In this document: piece after piece, positions 12,593-27,162 of the stretch
How the letters are laid out: every line of letters starts with the position of its first letter
How positions within the stretch are numbered: the first letter of the stretch is position 1
Assembly: GCF_006345805.1 (NCBI RefSeq)
Contig: NW_021835169.1
Coordinates: 1 to 42,267, forward strand
Length of the DNA: 42,267 bases
Source: Octopus sinensis
Lineage: Eukaryota
Reading direction: 5' to 3'
Notes under the pieces: generated by a model
What the model was told of the DNA's origin: nothing
The model's input: only the letters and a program-made list of their open reading frames with translations
The model's database searches: none
Position numbers and translations under genes: made by a program

Positions 12593-13426
12593 ACAGGCCC
12601 ACCTATCCAGATTTACCATATTTTGCAGCATGGCAGAGTCTGCTTTGTGGAAGACTCGCACTGATTTTGAAATGTAATTCTAAGACAAGAAATATATACG
12701 TACCAAAGCTCCATCGAAATGATTGGTCAACAACTGGTGGACACAGGCTAATTGCCTGTTATTAAACAAAATTGGCAGCAGACTAGCGGAGAGCTCATAG
12801 CCGCCGTCGTTGAGCGAAACTATTTGACAATGGTTACCTCTTGGTGATTTGCTGCCGGGTATTATTGTAGTACACACTACTATGCTCTTTGCATTAACTT
12901 TCCTCTGATCATTCATGCGACACACACCATAGTGATCGTACTATACCCACCATTACCAATACCCAACTATGACTGTTGCCAACCACCCTATTGATTTCAA
13001 AACACTACAACCATACAACTTTTTAACTATCTTGCATAAAAAAAAAAGAAGCAAAATAAGGCGTCTTCCGTGCCGATGAATACGACTTATGGTTCGTTTT
13101 CTGTAGATGCTCATTTTCAAGTTTTGTATCATAATGTTTCAATCTTGTGAAGAAACCTATTCTCCTGAAAAGTTTTCGAAATATTTTGGAATTGTTGTGG
13201 GTGTTTATCAGAAATATCTCGCCTCGTGAAATGTATTATTTAGTTTAATATATTTACATCGGTTTTATCATGCTGAAGATTTCTGAAAAGAATGAAATGG
13301 TTCTATACATTGTTACCTATAATTAGAAACGTTAAGATCTTGGTAATGAGCAAGAAAAGGAGATATTAAATACTTATATTTTGTACATCTTCATTACTCG
13401 TCGATTTAAAATTGAAGTGTGTGTGT

Positions 13427-13476
<50 letters not shown>

Positions 13477-13594
13477 AGAGAGAGAGAGAGAGAGAAAGAG
13501 AAAATAAAATAAAATTGGTTCTCTAGCGTGATCACAATTCTACGAATGGAATCATGAAAGGAAATGTGTATATTCTTTTGTTTCTTTTAATGAT

Positions 13595-14005
13595 TCCAGT
13601 CGTAGGATTGCGGCCATGTTGGAGCACCATCCTAATTCATTTTCTTATATATACATCAGGCTTCTTTCAGTTTCCGTCTGCCAAATCCACTCAAATGGCT
13701 CTGGCTGACCTGTGGCGATAGTAGTATTACACACTTGCTCGATGTGCCACGCAGAGAGACTGACCCCAGAGCCACGTGGCTGCATGTCTGTCTTGTATCG
13801 TTCGTCTTTTACTTGTCTGAGTCATTAGACATCGGCCATGCTGGAGTACCGCGTGGAAGGGTCGTCGTCGAAAGAATCTATCCCTAACGTACATATGCAT
13901 TCCTTTTTTGTGTCTGGTACTCATTCTATCAATCTCTCTTTTGCTGACAGGCAATGTTACGAGAATGTGAAGACCCTAATAGCGGTTGGGCCGGTTTTGG
14001 ACACA

Positions 14006-14070
<65 letters not shown>

Positions 14071-14385
14071 CACGCACACACACTCGCATATACACGACGT
14101 GATTTCACAAGGTTATTGTAGGACCCAGAGCTATAGTAGAAGACGCTTGTCGAAGGTGCCGCGCAATGGCACTAAACCCGAAACCACGTGGTTGCGAACG
14201 TATATGTGCCCTTTTATTCTAATAAATGTTCCAAACATTCGACTGTGGTCATGCTGGAGCACCACCTTGAAAAAATCTAGTCGAACAAATGGAGCCCGAT
14301 ACTTTTTCTGTTAGTCTTTTTCTGTTGATGTCTCCAGTGACGAATTGCTGGAACATAAACAAACTAACACTAGTTATCAAACAGC
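13595..14385 (-). mobile_element. Cluster of three S2 SINE pieces (13595-13785, 13807-14200, 14212-14385)
   Basis: Repeated cggccatgctggagcacc 3' block and gtgccacgca...ccacgtgg head block. Confidence 0.75.
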
Positions 14386-14429
14386 ACTCCACATACATAT
14401 GGTTCCGCATGCGTGTACCTGAATGTCTG

Positions 14430-14520
<91 letters not shown>

Positions 14521-15194
14521 CAGAGATCCCTGGCCTGGCGGTGCTACCGAGAAGCGCTACCCGTTCGGGATAAGCTCTATAGGCATGGCTCGAGAAACCC
14601 GGGGCCGACCGGCCCGAGATGCGGGCAGAGCGACGAAACCGCTCCGCACGCAATCGTGCAGTGTCCAACAATCTCCGACCTGTGGGCTTATGTCGAACGG
14701 CTGCTGTCACGTGTGGGACGTGTCGGTTTAGTGAGAGTTCGAGAGGCAAGTTTTGTCTAGTGAATGTTTTAAAAAAAGATGGGTGAATGTAGCAAGGATG
14801 GCACGTATGAATGACGAAGCCACCTTGACTATGATCCTATGAACCGTAAAAATTAATACAGAGAGTTGCTTATTTGCAAAAAAAAAAGAAATATAACATG
14901 ACTTCATTGACCGAGGTTACCGTGGTCTTTTCCGTAGGCTTTTCTTTCCACGGGTAAACCTCACCTGTCCTCCCCTTTACACTTCATATTGACATTTCTG
15001 TGATAACGATCCCTATTGATCAATTTTTTTTCCCTCCCCCCCCTTTTTTATTCCCCTCTTTTTTTTGTCCTCTTTCTTTCCCTTTACGATCCCTTTTGAT
15101 CGAAAACCAAACCCCCTTTTTACCCCCAAAAGAAAAGCTCTACTTTGTAATTTGTCCTGTCTGTGTGCAGCCCTGTGTGGCTAATAAAGAAACA
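14521..15194 (+). mobile_element. 5'-truncated Tx1/L1-clade LINE 3' end embedded in (TATC)n
   Basis: Translation QRSLAWRCYREALPVRDKLYRHG...GPRCGQSDETAPHAIVQCP..DLW matches the L1/Tx1 C-terminal CCHC (zf-RVT) region. It is followed by a 3' UTR with AATAAA at 15183-15188, and (TATC)n lies on both sides. Confidence 0.75.
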
Positions 15195-15303
<109 letters not shown>

Positions 15304-15340
15304 ATCTATCAATCTATCTATCTATCTATCTATCTATCTA

Positions 15341-15421
<81 letters not shown>

Positions 15422-15584
15422 TTATCTATTTATCTGAATGTATGTATGTATGTCATTGTTCAGTTTCACTTCAAGATTTCTTGCCAATGGAGAAAGAACC
15501 GGTTTCTAATTTACATCAAAGGCTCCTTCATTGGAACTTCAACATCAACAACAGGGTATGTATGTATGTATGTATGTATGTATG

Positions 15585-15614
<30 letters not shown>

Positions 15615-15615
<1 letters not shown>

Positions 15616-15735
15616 AATCGGGCTTTTGTCGGCTCGAGAATATGGTAAAATACGCTTTCCCAAGGTGTCATGCAGTGAGACTGAACACAGGACCATGTGA
15701 TTGGGGATACATACCTTTTACCACACAGACACGCC
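15615..15735 (-). mobile_element. S2 SINE 5' fragment
   Basis: cccaaggtgtcatgcagtgagactgaac...ccacacag matches the S2 head on the minus strand. Confidence 0.65.
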
Positions 15736-15741
15736 TACAAC

Positions 15742-15811
<70 letters not shown>

Positions 15812-16089
15812 ACATACATACATACATACATACATACATACATACATACATACATGCATACATACACACACACATACACACACATACATGTATGTATATA
15901 TATATATGTGTATGAATGCATGTATGTATAAATGTGTGTGTGAATGTGTGTGTGTTGAATAAACGTGTGACTAATCACCCAGGTGTTGTTCGATCCATTT
16001 TCAACGCTCCTGCAAAGACTAAGTCTTCGTAAAATGGTGCTGCCAAAATAATATCGAAATCGATTTGAGAATGGTGAGCAGGGGTGGAC

Positions 16090-17020
16090 GAAGGGACAGC
16101 AGTGGTTATGGTGGTGGCGGTTGCAATGGAAAGTGGGGAGACGATTTGGGGCTATTGGCTGAAGCTGTATGTGATGGCGTGGGTGAGTTTGAGTGTGGTG
16201 GTTGTGGTTGTGGTGGTGGTTTCGGTGGTGGTGGGTGGTGGTTTTGGTGGTGGTGGTGGTGGTTGTGGTGGTTCTGGGTGGTGGTGGTGGTTGTGGTGGT
16301 TGTGGTGGTGGTGGTGGTTGTGGGTGGTGGTAGTGGTGGTGGTGGTGGCATGGTGGTTCTGGGTGGTGGTGGTGGTTGTGGTGGTGGTGGTGGTTGTGGT
16401 GGTGGTAGTGGTGGTGGTGGTTGTGGTGGTGGTAGTGGTTGTGGTGGTTCTGGGTGGTGGTGGTGGTTGTGGTGGTGTTGGTGGTTGTGGGTGGTGGTAG
16501 TGGTGGTGGTGGTTGTGGTGGTGGTGGTGGCTGTGGTGGTGGTAGTGGTGGTGGTGGTTGTGGTGGTGGTGGTGGTTTTGGTTGTGGTGGTGGTGGTTGT
16601 GGTGGTGGTGGTGGTTGTGGTGGTGGTGGTGGTTGTGGTGGTGGTGGTGGTTGTGGTGGTGATGGTGGTTGTGGAGTGGTGGTTGTGGTGGTTGTGGTGG
16701 TGGTGGTGGTTGTGGTGGTTGTGGTGGTGGTGGTGGTTGTGGTGATGGTGGTAGTGGTCTTCGTTGTGACGAAGTAGAGAGAAACAGTGTAGTGGAGTTG
16801 GTTGTGAGGTGATAGGAAGGAATCGGTTGTAGTAGTAAGAGTGGTAGTGAACTAGCAGTGGTGGCGGTGGTAGTAGTAGTAGTAGAAAAAGTAGTAGTTG
16901 TGGTAGTGTTGTCAATAATGTTGATGGTGGTGTCGGCGATGGTGTTGGAGGTGGTGGTGGTCGTGTGTTGTTGGTGCTGGCGGTGGTGGTGGAGGTGATG
17001 GTGGTTGTGGGGATGGGGGT
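16090..17020. repeat. (GGT/GTT)n G-rich array with higher-order repeats
   Basis: Directly visible; ggttctgggtgg recurs at ~16271, 16355 and 16447. Confidence 0.92.
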
Positions 17021-17188
17021 GACGGTATCGCAATGGACATCACTTTAACCACCGAGGTCAATACACGTAGACAATTGTTAAAACCACCGGCCCTCCATCT
17101 CAATTCCCGTCCCCCACCCCCAGTCCTCCAACCCTTTACACCTACTCAACCAACGCCCACCTACTTACTCTTCCTCTCACTACCACTC

Positions 17189-17229
<41 letters not shown>

Positions 17230-17495
17230 CTCGCCTGCCGGTTCTACTTCGTCGCCATTGATCCATTCTCTGTTCAAGTGCTTTCCCTTATATCTCCTCG
17301 ATAGTGACCCCTCCTCTTTAAACACACACACATGCACACACACACACACACACACAATTACGCAAACATACGCGCGCACACATACACACGTATGCTCGCC
17401 AACATGAACTTACACTCATTAATAAAAGTACATGTATATATATACATGCATACACAGATGTATACATCTATGTATGCGTATATATATGTATGTAC

Positions 17496-17555
<60 letters not shown>

Positions 17556-19249
17556 GTATATATGTATATGGATATATATGTATATGGTGCGTATATATAC
17601 ATATATATATATATTTTCTATGTATTTGTGTAAATACATACGAATGTGTGGGCACGTGACACATTGAATTTTTGAATTTTCCCGTTTGTAAGCATGAATG
17701 CATGCACGTATTTATGTATGTATGTATGCGTGTATGCGTGTATGCATGTATGTATGTATATGCATATATACATATACACACACACATACACACACACACA
17801 TATATATATATATATACATATATATATACACATATATATAGATACACACACAGACATATATATATATATATATATATATACACACGCACAACCATACATG
17901 TATGCACACACACACACACTTTTACATGCAAGTAAGCATATGCTTGCAACTTGAAATGCGTACACTCCTACATGTGTATGCGTGCGCGCGCGTACATTAA
18001 TGTACATACGCACATTATGGTTATATATGTACGTACACACACATCTCCGTTGCGTATGCATACACATACACACGTACGCACAAGCATCGATATACACACA
18101 GACATAGACACATGCATATAAGCATAAATGTATATACATACACACATACATATATATGTACATGTAGCTATATAAAAATACATTCGCGTATACACAAATA
18201 CGTAGTACATATATACATACGTATATACATATCTACTTATCTATACAAGACGTACACACACATACACCCACACACATATACATATGTATATACACATCTA
18301 TATATGTACACAACACGCACACACACACACACCCACTCACACACACTCACACATGCATATATACACACATCGCAGGTTCCTTGCTCAGCAACACTGGGTT
18401 GTCTGCAAGATAAATGACCGATATGTATGTGTGTGTATTTGTGTGTATTTGTGTGCGTGTGTCTTTGCATGTGTGTGTATAAATTTGTGCTCTTATACGT
18501 GTTTGTATGTTTGTGATTTCCCGTTTGTATTCGTACGCGACTATGCGTATGTATGTATGTATGTATGTATGTATGTATGTATGCATGTGTGTGTGTATGT
18601 ATGTATGTATGCGTGTATGTATGTATGTATGCATGTATGTGTGTGTGTATGTATGTATGTGTGTATGCCAGCAAGTTTAAATGTAAAAGTCTTAAAGGAA
18701 GCGATTTTAATACAACACTGTTCATTTGCTTGCTTTAAACATCGTGATATAAAACATCGTGCCAACATGGCCGACGGCAATCTATATATCTAAATTTTGC
18801 GTACAGAGCGCTGAAATTTATAGCGACGCCATTATCCGTAGGACAAAAACTCTTTTTCATGTCAGGAGAGCGAACGGCCCACCCGCTTGCGATTGGACAC
18901 GGCCGGTCTACTTGCTTTTAATTATAAACACGCATCGCGCCTTTTTATCGATTAACTAAAGATATTGACTGCTGTTAGACACTCGAAATATTAATTCTCC
19001 CTCTAAGACTACCTCTTAGACTGGCAAGCAACCGCAAACACCGAGTCTTTCTTGACTTGGTTTTCTCTTTAGAGGAAATCGATGGAACTTTCCACATTTC
19101 TTTCCTTTCTTTCTTCTCTTTATTTTCTTTCTTTCCTTTTCTTTCCTTCGTTCTTCTTCATTGCTGAATGACGTTCTTTCTCTCTTTCGTTCGTTCTTTC
19201 TTCATCTCTTACTGTTTTCTTTCTTTTCTTTCTACTTCAACATCTCCCC

Positions 19250-20054
<805 letters not shown>

Positions 20055-20821
20055 ATGTATGTGCATGTACGTGTGTTTGTGTAGCTTCTTCTATATATGT
20101 ATGTATCTGATACATGCCAGTCATGAAAACCCCATTTCTCCGACCATATTCTTACATATTTTCAGTTTCGACTCCTTAATATACAAATAGAAAAGGGAAC
20201 GCAAATCCCATCCCCTTTACACCCAACCCACCATCATATACCCTTTTCTTATTTGTGTTTTCCCTTCATAATCTACTCAAATTTCATCCTAACTCTTTAC
20301 CTCGTTCTACTTTTCCACTGATTCCAACTAAATTTTCGATGCAGCCACACCCTTAATTCATGGCGTGTTTTGCCAATCCTTACCCCCAATTTTGCCTCAC
20401 CCTAAATGTGATTTTCCCTCCACCGTAATCAATAAGACACCACTCCCCACTTTATTTACAATATATCACACACACACACACCTACTCATTTAATCTAGTT
20501 GTATGTATGCATACACACACACACACACACACACACGTACATATGCATGTATGTATGTGTGTATATACATCTATAAAAATATAACATCGAAATCACGGTG
20601 ATGCAGGTATGTCTGGCTTTTTTGATTTTCGATTATTTTAGTCAGCGTTTTTGAATTCTTATTCATTCGACCGCTTTTATCTCTGGTCATTTTGACTGCT
20701 ATATTTAGCATGCCGGTAATGCTTGTTAGTACTCTTAATTATTAATTGATAATTATTACACCGTTATGAGTTTTTTATACGCATGCTAAGCGACTGATAT
20801 TAATAAACAATAATATCCTCG

Positions 20822-20875
<54 letters not shown>

Positions 20876-20884
20876 TATATATAA

Positions 20885-21065
20885 AGGGAAAGTTTACGAA
20901 AATAAACAAAAGACGAAGGCAGGTGGTGTACAAACAAAAATGTATTAGTATAAGCGCTCAGGAATAGAAAGTCTTTTACGTTTCGAGCCTAAGCTCTTCT
21001 ACAGAAAGATACACAGAAAAAAACAAGGAGAGAAAAAAGTGTGTAGTAGCTAACGATCTATCATG
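20885..21065 (-). mobile_element. PLE-like family A copy with hammerhead-like motif (20973-21008)
   Basis: Minus strand CTTT-CTGTAGA-A-GAGC-TTAG-GCTC-GAAACGT-A-AAAG; 3' end abuts (TA)n. Confidence 0.65.
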
Positions 21066-21291
21066 GCGTCTGACTTCGGACAGAATGGTCAGACGCGAGA
21101 GGGACAGTAGGGGAGATAACAGGATCAAGTGACTTCCAATACGAAGGAGCCCCTAACACAAAGGTGTGGTGTGTATAAGAGAGTATGCATGTGCGTGTGA
21201 AACAGAGCTGGTGGTCTGGACGTGTGTGTGTATGTGTGGGTGTGGGGATGGGTGTGTGGGTGGTGTGTTGTGGGTGTGTGGTGGTGTGTTG

Positions 21292-21358
<67 letters not shown>

Positions 21359-21499
21359 TAGATAGACAGACAGACAGACTATAAATATCCATATATATAA
21401 TATATAGGAATAAAAATTTATATATAAAGAACGTGAAATATATATATACACACATAAACATACATACATGCAAACATACATACATACGAAATCAAAACT

Positions 21500-24400
21500 T
21501 TCTTTGTTTTTTTTCTCATTTTCTTCTCATATTTTAGAACTACCACAGACAGAGTGAACCTTTCATAAGGGTAAAAAACACCACAAAAAAAAACCATGTC
21601 CGAAGGTAAATCTATCAACAAAAAAAAATACAGACGAATACAGATCTGCTAGCCTTAAGAAATTACGCTACGAGGGATGTTTACATTCAGAGGCGGCGTC
21701 GTCGCAAGAACTTAACCCTAAACTGACAGATCCGAATCCCAATGTAAGAGCCGAAGCTCGTCATGCCCCAATGTCAACAAAACAAATTACAAACCGCAAT
21801 GGTCATCGATCGGTTTACGAAAGACCACAAACCCGAACATTGAACCAAATTCTGACTGAAAAATCAGCCACTGGTTCAAATCTTCCCGACACACCGGAGC
21901 TGGACGTACCCCACAACCGGAACATCCCAACAGATGGCCGTCCATGCCCGTCATCAAATAACCAACAGAAAAAGAATGAAAGATGGTCTAGGGAAGATAA
22001 TAAGGAAGTTCTTACGGCATTCTACCATACCATATATTTCCCCACAGATAAATCTAATACTGTACAAACCTACTTAAACTGGAGACAGAAACACCCTGAA
22101 GTAAGACCCTACATAGACAGTAACAAACTTGCCAACGTCAGAAGAAATTTTATAAAAAGAAATTACTGACTGAAGTAGAGATTGATTAAATCAAACAAGC
22201 AGTAACGGATAAAAAAAAAAACGAAGCCGCAGTTAAAGAAGATAATACTGAGGAAATAATTATAGACCAGCCCGGGCTGATAAAAACGCAGTAAGGATTG
22301 AAAGAAATAGTATAACTGATAGGCAAAGTGTAATACTCACTGAACCAATCACAAACACTAAGACAAATGAACATCAAATAGAAGAAAGTCACACAAATAT
22401 TGACCCAACTGAACCACGTGAACTAAAGAATCAAATCATGATTGAATGGCTGAAACTTAAAGAAACCAGTATGGATGAACGCGATACACTCCCTAGAATC
22501 CGCAACTCTAACCAAAACACGAAAACAATTGGTAAAATCCGCCTTGCACTTAAGGATATAATTTCAGCTAATGATGTTAATATCACAGATCTCAACCACT
22601 TGTACTATGCATCCGCGAAAATCTCAACGATCCTATGTGGTGAAAAGATTAGAAAACGGCAACATTCCCACAAAAAGCCTTCTTAGCAAGAGCGTATCCA
22701 ACAACAAATTAAGCTACTCAGGTCTGACATTGAATGTTTGAAAAACCTTAAGGTTGACAAGACTACCAAACCTACAAAAACCCCAAAATTAAAGAAAGAA
22801 TATATGAAAACTATACTTGATATTGATGCCACCATAGAAACCATCAAGCAAAAGGTATCTGTTAAAGCTGCCCGCATAGCGAGGTATGAAAAGCGTGTTA
22901 GATTCTTCAAGGACAACCATGTTCAAAAATAACCCCAAAAACTTTTACAGGAAGATAGGGAAAACACCAGTTACTGTAAAGTTTGTACCATCAAAAGACG
23001 AAGTGCACGGTTTTGGGAATAAAATTTGGACAGAAGAAAAAACACACAACGAAAAGGCCCCTTGGATTGATAGAATAGCTACGGGCTTGTACTCCTTAGA
23101 GGAGCAAAAGTGGGAGGGTGTCAAGGTAGAAGATGTAAGATCTGTTCTCAGGAGGTCAAGCAAATGGAAGTCTCCAGGAAAGGATAAAATTCCTAACTTC
23201 TGGTCGAATGCCTTCACAGAGAGCCATGAACTGCTAACAGAACTTTACAATGATGTTTTGCAACACCCTAGTAGGATGCCTCCTTGGCTAGTTAATGGGT
23301 TAACATTCCTGCTTCCAAAAAGTGAAGAAACAAAAGAACCAAAAAACTATAGACCCATAACCTGCTTTACAACTATGTATAAAACGCTAACATCTGTCCT
23401 GACGGAATATACCTATAGTCTTTTAATAGACAGCAGCATATTCCCTAATGAACAGAAAGGATGTAAACGTGGATCCTATGGTTGTAAAGATCAGCTACTC
23501 ATCAATAAGATGATCGTAGAAGATTGTCACAAACGACACAAAAACTTGTCAATAGCCTGGATAGACTATAAAAAGGCTTTTGATAGCCTACCACACAGCT
23601 GGATAAAGAAATGCCTAGAAATGTACAAAATAGCGCCTACACTGCGAAATGTTTTGTCTGTAAGTATGAGATCATGGAGAACCACACTAACTTTGAACAG
23701 TGACAATGAATCTCTAAATGCTGGTGATGTAAAATTTTCATGTGGCATTTTCCAGGGCGACTCACTATCACCACTCCTCTTTTGTTTAGCCTTAATACCT
23801 CTCTCAAAACTGCTCAATGACGCGCAGTACGGATATAAAATGTTTGATAAAAATATAAATCATCTCATTTACATGGATGATTTAAAGCTTTTTGCAAAAA
23901 ATGACCAACAACTCAAGGGTTTACTAGCGATTGTCAAACAATTCAGTGATGACATCAGAATGCAATTTGGCCTCGATAAATGTGCAAAAGTTACTTTTAT
24001 CAAAGGAAAAATGACAGAAACATCTAACGTTTACCTCGACCAGCAGAATGTCATAAAAGAGTTAGACCCAGCGGAGAGCTACAAGTACCTAGGGGTAATT
24101 GAAGGGGACGGAAGAAGGCATTCAATGATGAAGGAAAGGATCAGGAGAGAATGTTATCGAAGAGTAAGAGCAATACTCAAGACAGAGCTGAATGCAAGAA
24201 ACAGGATCGAAGCTATCAATGCTTTAGCCATACCAGTCGTGACTTACAGTTTCAATATCGTTAACTGGTCAATTACTGAAATATGTAATCTTGACAGAAA
24301 AATACGAAAACTGTCGACAATGCATAGAATGCACCACCCTAAGGCAGATATAGATCGTCTTTATCTACCAAGAAAAGAGGGAGGCCGTGGGCTTTTACAA

Positions 24401-25644
24401 CTGGCAATAACAATGAAGGTTGCTACAATTGGCCTAGACACCTACCTGAAAAACTCTGAGGACTGGATGTTAAAACTTGTCTCAAAACATGAAAACAAGA
24501 AAGCATCATACTCAGTAGCAAAACAGGCAAAGGAATATCTAAGTGAATTCCGAATACAACAAATTCCGGAATTAGAGACACAAGAAACAAACACAGAAAA
24601 ATCTAAACGCATGAAAACCCGTGCTAAAACTGCTGCCTTAGATATTCTGAATTATAAATGGCAAGAAAAACTTCTCAATGGCAAATACCCAAAGAGAGTG
24701 AATAATGCAGATGTTGACAAAGCCCTGACCCATCAATGGCTAATGGCCTCTGGCTTAAAATCTGAAACAGAAGGGTTTATCATAGCAGCTCAAGATCAAT
24801 GCCTACCCACAAGGACCTACCAGGCCAACATATTAAAGAACGGCAGTAGCCCAACATGTCGTGTATGTCAACAACAAAATGAAACCATTGATCATGTTGT
24901 CTCCAAGTGCAGTCTTCTTGCGCCTACAGAGTATCTTAACAGGCATGATAGAGCTGCACAATATATTCACTGGGTAATTTGCAAAAGCCTGGACTTGCCC
25001 CATGATAAAAACTGGTGGGAACACAAACCACCTCCAGTGCTTGAAAATGACCACATCTCACTCCTCTGGAACTTCACCATTCAAAATGACAGAAAGATAG
25101 ACGCGAATAGGCCAGACATCATAGTAAAAGACTCCAGACAAAAACATGCCTCCTCATTGATATGACTGTCCCAATCGATATAAACGTATCTGTCACGACC
25201 TACCAAAAACTGAGCAAATATAAAGATCTTGAAATAGAAATCAGCAAAATGTGGAACCTGAAGACTAAAACAATACCTGTTGTCATAGGTGCCCTGGGAA
25301 TGATAGCGAAAGGGGCTGATTGCTACCTGATTGCTACCTAACTCAGATACCAGGAAACCCCAAAATGGCAGAAATTCAAAAGATAATGCTCATGGGAACT
25401 GCTCATATCCTACGCAAAATACTCTTTATGTAATCCCAAGGTTTAAAACAAATTTTTTAAAAAAATTTATGTATTAGACATTCACTAGTACAACACAAAA
25501 AAAACCCCCAAATATATGGCACACTAGGCATAACAACAACGTGAACTTTCAACCTGTTGTCTCTTGAGGTCTCTGGGTGAGACTTGGAGCCAACTTGTAC
25601 AAATATAAAGCAAAAGTCAAACATAGAATAACAATAATAATAAT
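21500..25644 (+). mobile_element. Near full-length R4/Dong-clade RLE non-LTR retrotransposon
   Basis: Single long ORF with N-terminal conserved region, RT and CCHC+PD-D/E endonuclease; 3' UTR; AATAACAATAATAATAAT tail (25627-25644). The 5' boundary is approximate. Confidence 0.92.
21596..25433 (+). pseudogene. R4/Dong RT-RLE polyprotein, disrupted (largest intact piece 22886-25165, 759 aa)
   Basis: RT motifs KSPGKDKIPNFW, NYRPITC, WIDYKKAFDSLPHSWI, GIFQGDSLSPLLF, YMDDLKLF, YKYLG. Zn knuckle CRVCQQQNETIDHVVSKC, then RHD and RPDIIVKD..(fs)CLLIDMTVP..KYKDL. Stop TAA at 25431-25433. Lesions at ~21625, ~22160-22190, 22684, ~22920, ~25140, plus an 11-bp duplication at ~25316. Confidence 0.93.
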
Positions 25645-26197
25645 CAAGCAGTGGTTCTCATGGCTTCTGATCTTAACTGACTGGAAGTGTTATCATGTAC
25701 ATTGTTTTGTCTTGGTATAAAAGATGGGCTACAGCAAATATTCTGCTCAATACCACAGATTTACTTGTCACTTGTTTGACTTTAACCAGTTGAGCATGTC
25801 CCTGGTTGGCTGACGATATGTGCATCTCTGATCACGATAGTAGTGAGGGAGCATCATAGCCATGTGTTGAAAGGAATTCTTAGAGGTTTGGATAATTCAC
25901 TTCTGGAAACATGGGTGCTACATCCTTAAACAACTCTTATTCAGGGACCGTTTGAGCAGGATGGGTTTCTCGACCCGAAGAAAATTCTAAGTGGACCCCA
26001 CCTGCAAGGTCAAGCGCTGTTTATCTTGATATGAGATCACCATGTTGCACACATATGGTTGTGATGCATGTGCCTGGTGTACCCTTATCAGACGGGTAGT
26101 CACGATGAGTATACGGGGTTTCGTATATTTTACCCCAGAGTCACTTTGATGGCAGGCACTGCTCTCTCAATCAATAATAATAATAACGATGATGATG

Positions 26198-26229
<32 letters not shown>
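25645..26229 (+). mobile_element. Unclassified ~530 bp non-coding element with (TAA)n tail, wedged between two R4/Dong copies
   Basis: Complex sequence bounded by TAA tracts on both sides; no recognisable ORF. Confidence 0.45.
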
Positions 26230-26230
<1 letters not shown>

Positions 26231-26623
26231 TGAGCAGTGACCTGAAGATAGAAACAGAAGCACTCATGTGCGCAGCACATGAATAAGTATTCAGGACTAT
26301 CTATGTGAAGTGCAGACTCGACAACGCTACTGACAGCGACAAATGTAAAATGTGTGGAGAGAGGGGTGAAACGGCATGGCACAACGCGAATACAAAAGCC
26401 ATGACAATGTGACAAGAATGATCCAGTGGGGTCTTAGTAGAAATCCCGGCCTACAAAGAACAAAGACTTGGAAGGAGCAAACCCTAAAAGGAGTCAGCGA
26501 GAATTAGAATGAGTGGGTTGCCATGGTTCGGTGTGATCCCTTGACCAGACATCGGAACCCGCACATTGTTATGGGGAATAAAAACGAGAAACATGCGTGG
26601 TAATCGACATAGCATGTCCCGGT
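26230..26623 (+). pseudogene. Second, divergent R4/Dong fragment (Zn knuckle/RLE region)
   Basis: SDLKIETEALMCAAHE*..KCKMCGERGETAWH..HDNV..IQW..NPHIVMGNKNEKHAVVIDIACPG parallels LKSETEGFIIAAQDQ..CRVC..RHD..RPDII of the first copy. Stops and deletions present; it starts directly after (TAA)n. Confidence 0.8.
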
Positions 26624-27128
26624 CATCATCACCATCACCACCACCATCATCATCGTCGTAATCATCATCGTCATCATCATCGTCGTCGTCATCATTATCA
26701 TTATCATCATCATCAGCGTCATCACCATCCTCTTGCTCTTTCTCCTAATCACCCCCACCACCATCATCATCATCACCACCACCACTACCACCATCGTCGT
26801 CGCCATAACCATCGTCGTCATCATCAACATTATCCTTGTCATCACCACCATCACCCTCCTCCACATCATCATCATCATCATCACCACCATCATCATAGTC
26901 GTAATCATCTTCGTCATCGTCATTACCCTCCTCCTCACCACCACCATTACCACCACCACCACCACCACCACCACCATCATCATCATCAGCAGCATCATCA
27001 TCATCACCACCACCACCGCTATCGTCGCCATCAATATCGCCATCATCATCATCTTCATCACCACCATTCTCCTCCTTCTCCTCCTCCTCCTCCTCACCAC
27101 CACCACCACCACCACCACTACCACCACC

Positions 27129-27162
<34 letters not shown>

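Noticed and set aside
12680-12925. 81-aa minus-strand ORF with a GTACGT donor-like site
   Set aside because: No recognisable motif; consistent with chance in unique sequence.
16065-17033. Gly/Cys-rich keratin-associated-like ORF
   Set aside because: GGT/TGT simple repeat; the apparent composition changes with frame slips.
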